From: an uncultured Chloroflexota bacterium
GTDB lineage: Bacteria > Chloroflexota > UBA11872 > VXNJ01
Assembly: GCA_913043205.1 (NCBI GenBank)
Contig: CAJWLF010000012.1
Span: 7,101-71,100, forward strand
Direction of reading: 5' to 3'
DNA: 64,000 nucleotides
The position numbers and the translations under genes were made by a program. The notes beneath the pieces are model-generated. The model was not told the DNA's origin and ran no database searches. It saw nothing but the letters and a program-made list of their open reading frames with translations. Positions 29,647-38,572 of the stretch are shown one piece after another (position 1 is the first letter of the stretch; each line of letters starts with the position of its first letter).

Positions 29647-31334
29647 TATGCTTCCACTGTCTCTGCAAGACTTGCCCCTGGAAAAACCATGGGCATGCAG
29701 TCCTCATTTTCGGCAACCATGAAATCAATTAAGACGGGACCGTCTATGCTTCTTGCCTTAGCTATAGCCTCATCTGCTTCATCTTTGGTTCTCGCAACTA
29801 ATCCAGGGATACCATAGGCTTCGGCGACTTTGTCGAATGGAGGATTGGCGAGCTCTGCCCCCATAAGGCGTCCGTCGTAGAAACGGTTTTGCCATTGGCG
29901 AATCATCCCTAGATGACCGTTATTCATAACTCCAATTTTTATCGGTATTTTGTATTCTGCCACGGCAGCCAGTTCTTGAATGTTAATCTGGAATCCTCCA
30001 TCTCCCGTAACACACCAGACTTCATCATCAGGGCATGCTACTTGCACACCCATTGCCGCTGGGAGTGCATAACCCATTGGTCCCGTTCCGCCCGCGGAAA
30101 AGAAACTTAAAGGATGATCGTAAAAGAAATTTTGAGATGCCCACATCTGGTTTTGCCCTACATCAGCTATCACTTTGGCTTTTCCGTCACTATGTTTGTA
30201 GATCTGTCTGATCATATGTTGTGGTAAGAATTGGTCTGTGTCGGGAGGGGTTTCGGATGGGTGTTCGGACCGTAATTTAGATAAGTAATCGAGCCATGTA
30301 TCTGTTTCAGCTCTTCCTACAATTGGATTCAATTGTGCCAATGTTGCTTTAGCATCACCGACTATTGGTACGTCAGTCTGTACGACCTTTTCAATCTCAG
30401 CTGGGTCTAGGTCTATGTGGATTATCTTGGCATTAGGAGCGAATCCACTGACTCGGCCAGTGACTCGGTCATCAAACCGAAACCCTATTCCAATTAAGAG
30501 GTCACATTGATCAACTGCAATATTTGCGTAATACATGCCATGCATGCCTAGCATCCCCATTGAAAGGGGATGGGTCTCTGGAAAACAGCCTACTCCATGC
30601 AGCGTGGTGATTACCGGAATATTTACCTTTTCCGCTAGGACTCTGAGTTCGTCCCAAGCTTCAGATATAGCTACTCCATGTCCGGCAATAATTACGGGCT
30701 TTTTTGCCTCATTTATGAGATCTGCCGCCCTGCGAATCATCCCACTATCACCCGCGCTGGCTGGTTGATATCCCCTCACTTCGATTTCATCTGGTATAGG
30801 GGCGTCCGTCTCCGCTAGAAATATATCCTTTGGTATGTCTAAATGTACGGGTCCTGGCCTCCCACTTTTTGCCAAATAAAAGGCTTCCTTAACGGTACGC
30901 GGCAGTTCATCAATGTCTTTGACCAGGTAATTTTGCTTTGTTACTGGAATGCTTACGCCAGTTGCATCTGTTTCCTGAAAAGCATCCGTGCCTATGAACT
31001 CCCTAGCTACTTGTCCGGTTATGTACACAACTGGTACAGAATCCATCTGCGCGCTGGCCATGCTTGTAACAAAATTTGTAGCACCTGGACCGGATGTTGA
31101 GGTGCAAACCCCTACTTGATTTTTTGCCCTGGCGTATCCGTCAGCCATAAAACCGGCTCCCTGCTCATGCCTAGCCAGATAATGTCTTATTTGAGGGTAG
31201 TGATATAGGGCGTCATAGAACGGAAGACTAGCCCCACCAGGCATTCCAAATATTGCATTCACGCCTTCTTGGAGAAGTACGTCGCATATTATTTGTCCCC
31301 CACTACGCCTTCCACTTTTTGAATCATTACTCAT
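29646..31334 (-). CDS. ilvB: Acetolactate synthase large subunit (ThDP-dependent)
   Basis: IFGMPGGASLPFYDAL, TSGPGATN and GDGGFQINIQELA motifs. Confidence 0.95.
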   Translation of the reverse strand: MSNDSKSGRRSGGQIICDVLLQEGVNAIFGMPGGASLPFYDALYHYPQIRHYLARHEQGAGFMADGYARAKNQVGVCTSTSGPGATNFVTSMASAQMDSVPVVYITGQVAREFIGTDAFQETDATGVSIPVTKQNYLVKDIDELPRTVKEAFYLAKSGRPGPVHLDIPKDIFLAETDAPIPDEIEVRGYQPASAGDSGMIRRAADLINEAKKPVIIAGHGVAISEAWDELRVLAEKVNIPVITTLHGVGCFPETHPLSMGMLGMHGMYYANIAVDQCDLLIGIGFRFDDRVTGRVSGFAPNAKIIHIDLDPAEIEKVVQTDVPIVGDAKATLAQLNPIVGRAETDTWLDYLSKLRSEHPSETPPDTDQFLPQHMIRQIYKHSDGKAKVIADVGQNQMWASQNFFYDHPLSFFSAGGTGPMGYALPAAMGVQVACPDDEVWCVTGDGGFQINIQELAAVAEYKIPIKIGVMNNGHLGMIRQWQNRFYDGRLMGAELANPPFDKVAEAYGIPGLVARTKDEADEAIAKARSIDGPVLIDFMVAENEDCMPMVFPGASLAETVEA

Positions 31335-31398
31335 CGATTTGGTCCCTATTCATACTGTTCCAACAGCTTAACTTGGTACAAATTTAACCCTAACTAAC

Positions 31399-31425
31399 AA
31401 AAAAAGCCGTCCCTCAGGGACGGAC
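31399..31425 (-). terminator. Intrinsic terminator of the T-box expression platform
   Basis: Minus strand: GUCCGUCCCUGAGGGACGGC followed by UUUUUUU (plus-strand A-run 31399-31405). Confidence 0.8.
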
Positions 31426-31640
31426 TTTCAGTCCGCGGTACCACCCTGATTGACGGCAACATTGCGTCCTCTCGATTCCCATAATTACGGCGGAATAACC
31501 GTCTTGTCTTAACTGATTAAAGTTGGGACAAAAAGCTCCGGAGCGACTTCGGCGGCCTCGCTTGCCGGATTCCAGCGGGTATTTCCGGCTCTCTATGGGA
31601 AGCAAGTAGCTGCGTACTACTCTCCATCATAGCTTTTACT
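31399..31640 (-). promoter_or_regulatory. T-box riboswitch leader upstream of ilvB; specifier read as GUC (Val)
   Basis: All elements are on the minus-strand RNA. Stem I base with GA/K-turn motif: AGCUAUGAUGGAG...CUCCGGAGCU. AG box: AUAGAGAGCCGG. Specifier loop 3' side: CGAA-GUC-G. T-box sequence: AAUCAGGGUGGUACCGCG (plus-strand 31434-31452). Antiterminator: CAGGG[UGGUACC]GCGGAC-UGAAA-GUCCGU-CCCUG. The antiterminator competes with the terminator CCGUCCC-UGA-GGGACGG plus U7. Confidence 0.88.
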
Positions 31641-31795
31641 TGGTATTCAATTTTGTTTTACTAGATGCAACCATAGATTGTGCCACGGTCTCGTTGCGTA
31701 CACCGTGCAGGCACAGTAGGTGTTACATCCAAGGGTTCGGATTATCTGTGTCAGTTGGATGTTGTGTCAATGAAATTCTTCTGAAAAGGCCCACT

Positions 31796-32503
31796 CTATT
31801 CTACGGATTCCCCCGGTGAAAGTATGTGAGCAGTTATGTTGGCTGGTAGATTCTTGACTAGAGAGTCGGCATTTTGGGCTAACAATGGAAATGTCTTGTA
31901 ATGACATGGGATCACGTGAGCCACGCCTAACATACGGCATGCCCTTGCTGCGTCCGACCCATTCATAGTGAAGTGATCTCCTATAGGAAGAATAGCCATG
32001 TCGGGATTATATATTTCTCCTATAAGAGTCATATCACCAAACAAAGCCGTGTCTCCTGCCACATATATTGTGAAATCGTTTTCTAGTTTGATTACGAAGC
32101 CGACTGGCACCCCCAAATATGCAATAGTTCCATTTTCTTCCACCGATGACGAATGTTTAGCTTCTACCATCGATATGCGTAATTCGTCGAAACTGTAAGT
32201 ACCTCCGATGTTCATGCCGATGGATTTGGGGGCCCCGGCTCGTTCAGCCCAATCTGCTGCTTCTAGTATTGCTAGCACTGGAGCATTATTTTCTTGGGCT
32301 ACCTGCACAACATCAGACGAATGATCAAAATGTCCATGTGTGAGCAATATCAAATCGATGTCACCTTGTTTCTTTTCAGCATCTGGACAAGAAGGGTTTT
32401 CTTCAAGCCAAGGATCTACCAGGATGGTTTTGCCACCTGGTGTCTTAATTCGAAACGTGGCGTGCCCTATCCACGACACAGAAAAATCCTGATTTATTTT
32501 CAT
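31796..32503 (-). CDS. Metallo-beta-lactamase fold hydrolase (UPF0173-like)
   Basis: LILLTHGHFDHSSD motif; about 235 aa. Confidence 0.8.
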   Translation of the reverse strand: MKINQDFSVSWIGHATFRIKTPGGKTILVDPWLEENPSCPDAEKKQGDIDLILLTHGHFDHSSDVVQVAQENNAPVLAILEAADWAERAGAPKSIGMNIGGTYSFDELRISMVEAKHSSSVEENGTIAYLGVPVGFVIKLENDFTIYVAGDTALFGDMTLIGEIYNPDMAILPIGDHFTMNGSDAARACRMLGVAHVIPCHYKTFPLLAQNADSLVKNLPANITAHILSPGESVE

Positions 32504-32668
32504 AAGGTTGGAACTCCCAACTTACATATCACGAGTGCTATTTCATACAAATCATGGTACCTCAGTGTAGGTGCTAGTGGGGGATATGTTAGTCAGGTTA
32601 GGTGTTGTCCTATACGTACATGCCTGGCCCGTATCCAATAAGCCCTAATTCTGACAAATTGAGCATTT

Positions 32669-33382
32669 GTGTTTGAATATCACATGTACCTATGGACAGA
32701 CAATTTATCACGCCTGCGTATTCTAGGTGGGGTTGTTTCAGACCGACTTCAATTTCTGGTTTGTATTTCATTGCTTTTGGCAGTTGGTGTGCAGATAGGG
32801 TTTTTGCATCCATGGAGCTTTCCATTGACGATACCTCTTATGTTTTGGATGGTAATGATTGGGTCGCGTCTTAGCGTTGATGTCATATTTGAGAAGGACT
32901 TCAGACGGGTTATTGTCAAACACCGTAGAGTATTGGGTTTTCTAGCTCAGTCAGCCGAGGTATACGAGTTTAGTCAATTGCAATCTGTACCTATCACGGC
33001 GAGAAGTCGTTACAGGGATTTTGGTGGAGGAGAACTGTTCTGGGATGTTCATCTGAAGTTTTCGAATCGGCCATCCATAATGCTTGGATCGGTATCTGGC
33101 GACTCATCTAAGGTGGAAGAGATATTAAATGAAATAGGACGGTTTGTCGGGGCTAACTTTGCGGATTCTGCCCATGAGACAGGGAAATCTATTGACCATC
33201 GTGAGTCTCATTGGTTAGTCGAAGTTCTAGATTCTGAAGCTACAGTGAGGTTGGGGCAACTACTTTGCTTGTTGATGATTGCTTTATCACTGTTTGCGGC
33301 ACCAGGGATGGCTATCTACTATGTGATAGCTTTGGTTTTTGGCACGTGGGCAGACTGGTTCGCTCGTCGCGGAGATAGGTGA
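32669..33382 (+). CDS. Hypothetical membrane protein (two N-terminal TM, soluble PH-like middle, C-terminal TM)
   Basis: Hydrophobic segments LQFLVCISLLLAVGVQIGFL, LTIPLMFWMVMIG and LLCLLMIALSLFAAPGMAIYYVIALVFG. No catalytic motif. GTG start; an ATG lies 5 codons in. Confidence 0.45.
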   Translation: MFEYHMYLWTDNLSRLRILGGVVSDRLQFLVCISLLLAVGVQIGFLHPWSFPLTIPLMFWMVMIGSRLSVDVIFEKDFRRVIVKHRRVLGFLAQSAEVYEFSQLQSVPITARSRYRDFGGGELFWDVHLKFSNRPSIMLGSVSGDSSKVEEILNEIGRFVGANFADSAHETGKSIDHRESHWLVEVLDSEATVRLGQLLCLLMIALSLFAAPGMAIYYVIALVFGTWADWFARRGDR

Positions 33383-33387
33383 ATCGG

Positions 33388-34818
33388 TCATCTATTGGCG
33401 GGTGGGATAGCACGCGGAGTGACTGTTTTCCCACGAGTTGCGGCTAGTAATGCGGCCAAAACTGTCGTGGCGGCCCCGCAGATGAAAACAATTTTGAATC
33501 CGTACATAAGATGTTCTACTTCAGCATTTAACGCTGTTTGTACGTCGGCATTTGCGGTCACTATTGCTGCAAATACGCCCCCCCACACTGCATGGCCCAA
33601 TCCTGTTCCAAAGGTGCGGGACCAGACGTTAAAACCGCCTGCTATTGCAAGCTTATTCCTAGGTAAAGATCCCATAATCGAGCTTGAATTTGACGACATA
33701 AATAGGCCTTGTCCTATACCCAACATGAGTAATGGCAATGAAATATGTAGATAGCTTGCTTCTGAGTCAATGAATCCTAATGTGATCATGCCGATTGAAA
33801 TAAGTGTTAATCCTCCAGTAGACGGAAGCCTTGGCCCCCAAAAGTCGGACATCCAGCCTCCTACCAGAGAAATAGACATCGCCCCTAGAGGGATGATAGC
33901 CATCATCATTCCGGCGTGATGGATTGGCACACCTATTGCTAATTGCAGCAGGAAAGGGACCAATAGCTGGGTGCTTGATCTGGCCATGTTGGCTAGAAGT
34001 GCTATGCCGAGAGACAAACTGAATGGTCTTAACTTGAAGATGGAAAAGTCAATTAATGGGTAGGCTGATCGCGTTTGAGACATGTAGAACATGGTGGTCG
34101 ACGCTGAAAAAATAATTAGGGCCGACAGCACTCGTGGGTGGGCCCATCCACTATGAGAAATCTGATTGAGCGCAAATATGAGTGGTGCAATGGAGAGGAT
34201 CAACAAAATGCTTCCTAGCCAGTTAAATTTACTAGAGCTTTTTTCTGGGTGTTCCTGTATGAATTTCCAGCCCCCAAAAATTGCCGCTATAGCTATTGGT
34301 ACCGGCAGGTAAAAATTTGCCCGCCAACTGACTAGTTCCGTGACTATTCCACCTACTATAGGGCCGAGAAGGATCCCTCCGGTAACGAATGTGGCGTTAA
34401 TCCCCAGTGCTTGCCCTCGACGGTTTTCAGGAAATGTTGCGACTAGAAGGGCCACTCCGGTCGATTGGACTAGTGCTGCACCAATGCTTTGATAGAACCT
34501 TGCAGCTACAATCATCCATAAATCGGGCATAAGGCTCGATAGGAGTGAACCACTGGCAAAAATGGCGTATCCGAGCAAGTAGAACTTTCGTCTTCCGAAA
34601 ATATCTGCCAATCTGGAAAATGAAAGGACTAGGCTTATCACGCCAATCGAGTACGACAGTGAAAGCCACTGTACCACCGTCAAGTCAACATCGAATTCTT
34701 TTGCTATTTCGGGCAGTGATATGTTCAAACTGCCTTGGCTAATCGTAGACATCAACACGCCTGAGCCGATGACGATAGATATCAATATTCGATTGACAGA
34801 GGGTCTTCCTAGAGCCAC
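33388..34818 (-). CDS. MFS transporter, 14-TMS drug:H+ antiporter (EmrB/QacA-like)
   Basis: LADIFGRRKFYLLG (MFS motif A-like); about 14 hydrophobic segments in 476 aa. Confidence 0.85.
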   Translation of the reverse strand: MALGRPSVNRILISIVIGSGVLMSTISQGSLNISLPEIAKEFDVDLTVVQWLSLSYSIGVISLVLSFSRLADIFGRRKFYLLGYAIFASGSLLSSLMPDLWMIVAARFYQSIGAALVQSTGVALLVATFPENRRGQALGINATFVTGGILLGPIVGGIVTELVSWRANFYLPVPIAIAAIFGGWKFIQEHPEKSSSKFNWLGSILLILSIAPLIFALNQISHSGWAHPRVLSALIIFSASTTMFYMSQTRSAYPLIDFSIFKLRPFSLSLGIALLANMARSSTQLLVPFLLQLAIGVPIHHAGMMMAIIPLGAMSISLVGGWMSDFWGPRLPSTGGLTLISIGMITLGFIDSEASYLHISLPLLMLGIGQGLFMSSNSSSIMGSLPRNKLAIAGGFNVWSRTFGTGLGHAVWGGVFAAIVTANADVQTALNAEVEHLMYGFKIVFICGAATTVLAALLAATRGKTVTPRAIPPANR

Positions 34819-34911
34819 ACGTGACCTTCCGTATTCATGAATGTATTTTTAGGAATAAAGCACTGTAGAGGAATTTACTATCGGTTTCCTAAGTCCATGT
34901 AATGCATGCCC

Positions 34912-37149
34912 TTAATCGACGTAGAACGGACTTGTCCAGGCCATAGAGCAATCGCGCTGTACAATTTTTATGAAATACAATCCCGAGGCTAATTGGGAAA
35001 GCGGCACCGTGTGAGCTATGGCCAGATCAAATGTGTCAACGGAAGGATCTATCCACTCTATTTTGACTTTTCTACCCTCTCCTCCTGCTTCGTAGACGAG
35101 TCCACATTGTTCTATGTCGTCAAGGTTGATTGAGAAACTTACCGGTTGAGTATTGAAATTCAGCTTTCCTTTTACGGATGAGAGAGCTATTTCTACTCCG
35201 TCCTGATCCCCTTCAGTGTGGCTTGCCCATTGGATAGTGTTTGCTGACTTTTTGGTCAATCTTTCCCCGCGATGATCAAATCCTATGGTACTTACCTCAG
35301 TTATACTGCAGCCTTGGACACTTAAATTGCCTGTCCAGTCAGTAGAGCGTCTGCGTCCTCTCCCTTCTGCGCCTTCCCAAACGATTCTTGCATGACCGGT
35401 TTGATTTCCAGCACGTGGGCGCCATTCATGTATGGTTTTCCAATTATGCATTAACTGTACAGATTGCAATAAATCTGTCCCTACGATTCTTCCTTCGATC
35501 ACAAGATCTTTGTCCCTGACAAGATCACTTCCCATTAGGGATCCGTTACCTGTTAATTGTATGAGAATTCGCTCTCCCGTAGTTGCGTAGCACTGGCGCT
35601 TCTGAAGCGCGTCGAAGATTGCTTCTCTTGTTAGCTTCTGTGCCATGATGCCTGCCAATCCACCTCTTACGCCTAGGCTATCTTCGCCCATTTTTACACT
35701 TGGCAAAGCAGCTCCTGGACGACCTATATGCACGTCGCTACCTCCGATGTACCCAACTCGATAGCCCAGTTCGCAAGCATCACGCCCCAGCCATTCGAAT
35801 GTGCCGTGGCATGAATGAATTTCAATGACAGGTTCCAACTTTGGGTGATGGAATCGGAGGTCAGCGTGTCGCCCTCCTACATGAGGAACAATCAATACGT
35901 CATCCCTATCTTCTAGTCGGGCGTATAATTCATCTACGGGACAAGCATCTTTGTTGGTGTCGCTGAAGTCTTCTAGTAGAGCGTGACTGGATCTATGAAT
36001 CGGGCCAGTGTCGCTAAGGAAATGCACGTTTCGGTCACCACCGGATGACGTGTTTCCTGACCATTCCCAACCAAAAAATGGTACATATTTTTGTGGCACG
36101 TGGTATTTCTTGACGATATTGGTCAGGTCATTGTGGAATTCATTTGTTATCTGGAAGTCGTTGGCCTGATGTCCCACGCAGTCGATTGCTGCATCATCTC
36201 GTGCGAACCGAAAATAATCGTCTGCCGATAAAGTCCCAACTGATTCCCTGCTTTGTCCATGCAAATCTCCCCAGTACAGTGGGGATGGGTCAATCTCGCA
36301 GAGTAATGGATTGGATCTGCCAGACGTTTTTGGATTAATGCAAGAGGCTTGAAAATGGGTTATTCCAACCCTATCAACCGTAATCCCATCGATACGCATT
36401 ACTCCGCGGTGCTCTTCCTGTAAGGTTACAACGTTGGGTAGGTTTGAGACTGCATCATGAGTGTCTGACTTTAGCGAAACTTGTCCGGTGAATGCTTCGT
36501 CAGTGTTGCCCCATTTGTCTACCATTCGGATTTGCAGCCATATATTGGATTCAGGTGTAGTGGTAGATGGACATCGGAGTTCAATGCTACAAGCTGAATC
36601 GCCTAGCACCTCGAGAAAAGGTTGGTCTTCCATAGGGAACCATTTGTTTGCTCCGAATGGATCTACAAAGACGTGGAATTCCGATTCCGGTTCCCGAAAA
36701 GTTTGGGCTCTGCGGCCGGGACTACCACCAGACGTGTCTCCGTAAATGACTTCGATCCAATCTCCTTCCGTTAGATGTCCATTTGCTACTGTGACTACAA
36801 GAGTTTTGCGGAATGGTCTTTCGTGTAGCGTTTCAGAGTAGTCCAATTCCAGGGTAACGTTGGCATTACTGTGCGCCGTCGTATAACCAGATCCCTTGGG
36901 GTTTGCAAACTGGGGCCTTTCCCAGTCTCCGACCTGTCTCTCAGTGATTCTGAGATGACTACTGTCGTCCATGCCGAATTTCCCGGCTACGTATCGCAGT
37001 TTCCAGGTGCCAAATACTCCGGCATTTACTCTGGTCTGAGGAGTGATTGACGCGTGCCCCACATTCTGGCGGAGGAATGGCTCTTTTGCCGTGTGAAATG
37101 GTCTCATTTTGGTTATGCTCGAACTTTCAATTGAAACTTTGTAAGTCAA
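34912..37149 (-). CDS. Large DUF3604-like protein (putative PHP-type metal-dependent hydrolase core with N- and C-terminal beta-rich extensions)
   Basis: YWGDLHGQS, GWEWSGNTSSGGDRNV, VPHVGGRH, GGSDVHIGRPG, GLAGIMAQKLTREAIFDALQKRQCYATTGERI and terminal AWTSPFYV resemble DUF3604 conserved blocks as I recall them. Confidence 0.55.
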   Translation of the reverse strand: MTYKVSIESSSITKMRPFHTAKEPFLRQNVGHASITPQTRVNAGVFGTWKLRYVAGKFGMDDSSHLRITERQVGDWERPQFANPKGSGYTTAHSNANVTLELDYSETLHERPFRKTLVVTVANGHLTEGDWIEVIYGDTSGGSPGRRAQTFREPESEFHVFVDPFGANKWFPMEDQPFLEVLGDSACSIELRCPSTTTPESNIWLQIRMVDKWGNTDEAFTGQVSLKSDTHDAVSNLPNVVTLQEEHRGVMRIDGITVDRVGITHFQASCINPKTSGRSNPLLCEIDPSPLYWGDLHGQSRESVGTLSADDYFRFARDDAAIDCVGHQANDFQITNEFHNDLTNIVKKYHVPQKYVPFFGWEWSGNTSSGGDRNVHFLSDTGPIHRSSHALLEDFSDTNKDACPVDELYARLEDRDDVLIVPHVGGRHADLRFHHPKLEPVIEIHSCHGTFEWLGRDACELGYRVGYIGGSDVHIGRPGAALPSVKMGEDSLGVRGGLAGIMAQKLTREAIFDALQKRQCYATTGERILIQLTGNGSLMGSDLVRDKDLVIEGRIVGTDLLQSVQLMHNWKTIHEWRPRAGNQTGHARIVWEGAEGRGRRRSTDWTGNLSVQGCSITEVSTIGFDHRGERLTKKSANTIQWASHTEGDQDGVEIALSSVKGKLNFNTQPVSFSINLDDIEQCGLVYEAGGEGRKVKIEWIDPSVDTFDLAIAHTVPLSQLASGLYFIKIVQRDCSMAWTSPFYVD

Positions 37150-37263
37150 ACGGTGATATTCGGTTACGAGCTATCACTTGGATGCTATTAAAGTTTTAGT
37201 AGAATTAATTGAATGTATTGATCTACCGGTCGAGGATACTCGCACAAGGCATAGGAGCGTTAA

Positions 37264-37590
37264 TTGGGAAATAAGGGATATGAAGACTTATCGAATGAGA
37301 AAGCTAAACAGCTGATAGATCAGGGTGTTTCGATCATAGATGTTCGCGATCAGGGCAAGTATGATGAGGCGCATGTTCCCGGTGCCAGACTTGTGCCGTT
37401 GAACGATATATTGGCGGACCCTGCTATTTTGCCTGACGGTGATATTTTGTTTGTATGTAACATAGGCCGATCCAGTGGCGTTGCCTCTCAGATGGCGGTT
37501 GCTTCCGGTCGCACAGGGATATTTAACCTTAGAGATGGTACGGAGGGCTGGGTGAAAGATGGTTTTCCGGTAGAAGGCGAACTTTCTTAG
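37264..37590 (+). CDS. Single-domain rhodanese sulfurtransferase
   Basis: IIDVRDQGKYDEAHVPGA and active-site loop FVCNIGRSSG. TTG start with AGGAG 6 nt upstream. Confidence 0.8.
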   Translation: MGNKGYEDLSNEKAKQLIDQGVSIIDVRDQGKYDEAHVPGARLVPLNDILADPAILPDGDILFVCNIGRSSGVASQMAVASGRTGIFNLRDGTEGWVKDGFPVEGELS

Positions 37591-37665
37591 CTAATTTAGC
37601 TAATCTTGATTGTAGAGATGCTTTGCTAACAGGTACCATGCTGATATTGAAGATGGAGTCAAAAA

Positions 37666-38502
37666 TTGTTTACGCCCGATCAGATTCGTCGATATAGCAG
37701 GCATCTGCTTTTGCCTGAAGTTGGTGCCGAGGGGCAACAAAAGTTGTTGGACGGGAAAGTGCTTCTTGTTGGGGCTGGTGGACTGGGTTCCCCAGCTGCG
37801 TATTATCTCGCAGCTGCTGGTGTTGGGACTATAGGGTTAATAGATCATGACGTGGTGGAGGATAGTAATTTGCAAAGGCAAATTCTTCACAACACCGAAC
37901 GTATTGGCGTGCCTAAAGTCGATTCTGCCAGAAAAACGCTCACAGAGCTGAATCCCGATGTCACGGTATATACGCATGACACTGTTCTCTCATCTGACAA
38001 TGCGTTGGATATTATGGCTGATTACGACATAGTTTTGAATGGGTGTGACAACTTCCCTACCCGATATCTGGTGAATGACGCTTGTGTCATGTTGAGGAAA
38101 CCTATGGTAGATGGAAGTGTTCTGAAGTTCGAGGGAATGGTAAGTGTGTTTATGCCAGAAAAAGGTTGCTATAGATGCATGTATCCTTCGCCTCCGCCTC
38201 CGGAGTTGGCCCCTAGCTGTGCTGAAGCTGGGGTTCTTGGTGTAGTGCCTGGAGTTATTGGTGTTCTTCAAGCTACTGAGACAGTAAAGCTGCTGTTAGG
38301 GATTGGAGACTCACTTGAAAGCAGACTTCTCACTTGGGATGCTCTGGAAATGGAATTCATCACCTACAAGACGTCGCCTAAAGAGGACTGTCCTGTATGC
38401 GGTGAACGGCCTTCTGTTACAAAGCTGATTGATTACGAGGAGTTTTGTGGGCTTCCAGCTCCTAAGAAAGAGGATCTGACAACAGTCGTTTCCACGAAAT
38501 AG
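37666..38502 (+). CDS. MoeB/ThiF/HesA-family adenylyltransferase (E1-like)
   Basis: RYSRHLLLPEVG, VGAGGLGSPAAYYLAAAGVG, DSNLQRQ and CYRCMYPSPPPPELAPSCAEAGVLG plus a distal CPVCG. No fused rhodanese domain. Confidence 0.88.
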   Translation: MFTPDQIRRYSRHLLLPEVGAEGQQKLLDGKVLLVGAGGLGSPAAYYLAAAGVGTIGLIDHDVVEDSNLQRQILHNTERIGVPKVDSARKTLTELNPDVTVYTHDTVLSSDNALDIMADYDIVLNGCDNFPTRYLVNDACVMLRKPMVDGSVLKFEGMVSVFMPEKGCYRCMYPSPPPPELAPSCAEAGVLGVVPGVIGVLQATETVKLLLGIGDSLESRLLTWDALEMEFITYKTSPKEDCPVCGERPSVTKLIDYEEFCGLPAPKKEDLTTVVSTK

Positions 38503-38572
38503 ACTGAATAACAAACAGATGTGGGTTTCTGTATTGGTGCTATAAAAGCATATACATGGGAGATTATGTGTA

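Noticed and set aside
31414-31605. 63-aa (-) ORF upstream of ilvB
   Set aside because: It lies entirely inside the T-box leader RNA, whose conserved elements explain the sequence. There is no RBS.
31640-31795. GGTTCGGATT (T-loop-like) sequence and possible tRNA between the T-box and the MBL hydrolase gene
   Set aside because: The flanking bases do not form a T-stem, and no acceptor or anticodon arms can be drawn. The region is more likely the promoter of the ilv leader. Only a weak TTGCAT-17-AATACC match was seen, so no promoter was called.
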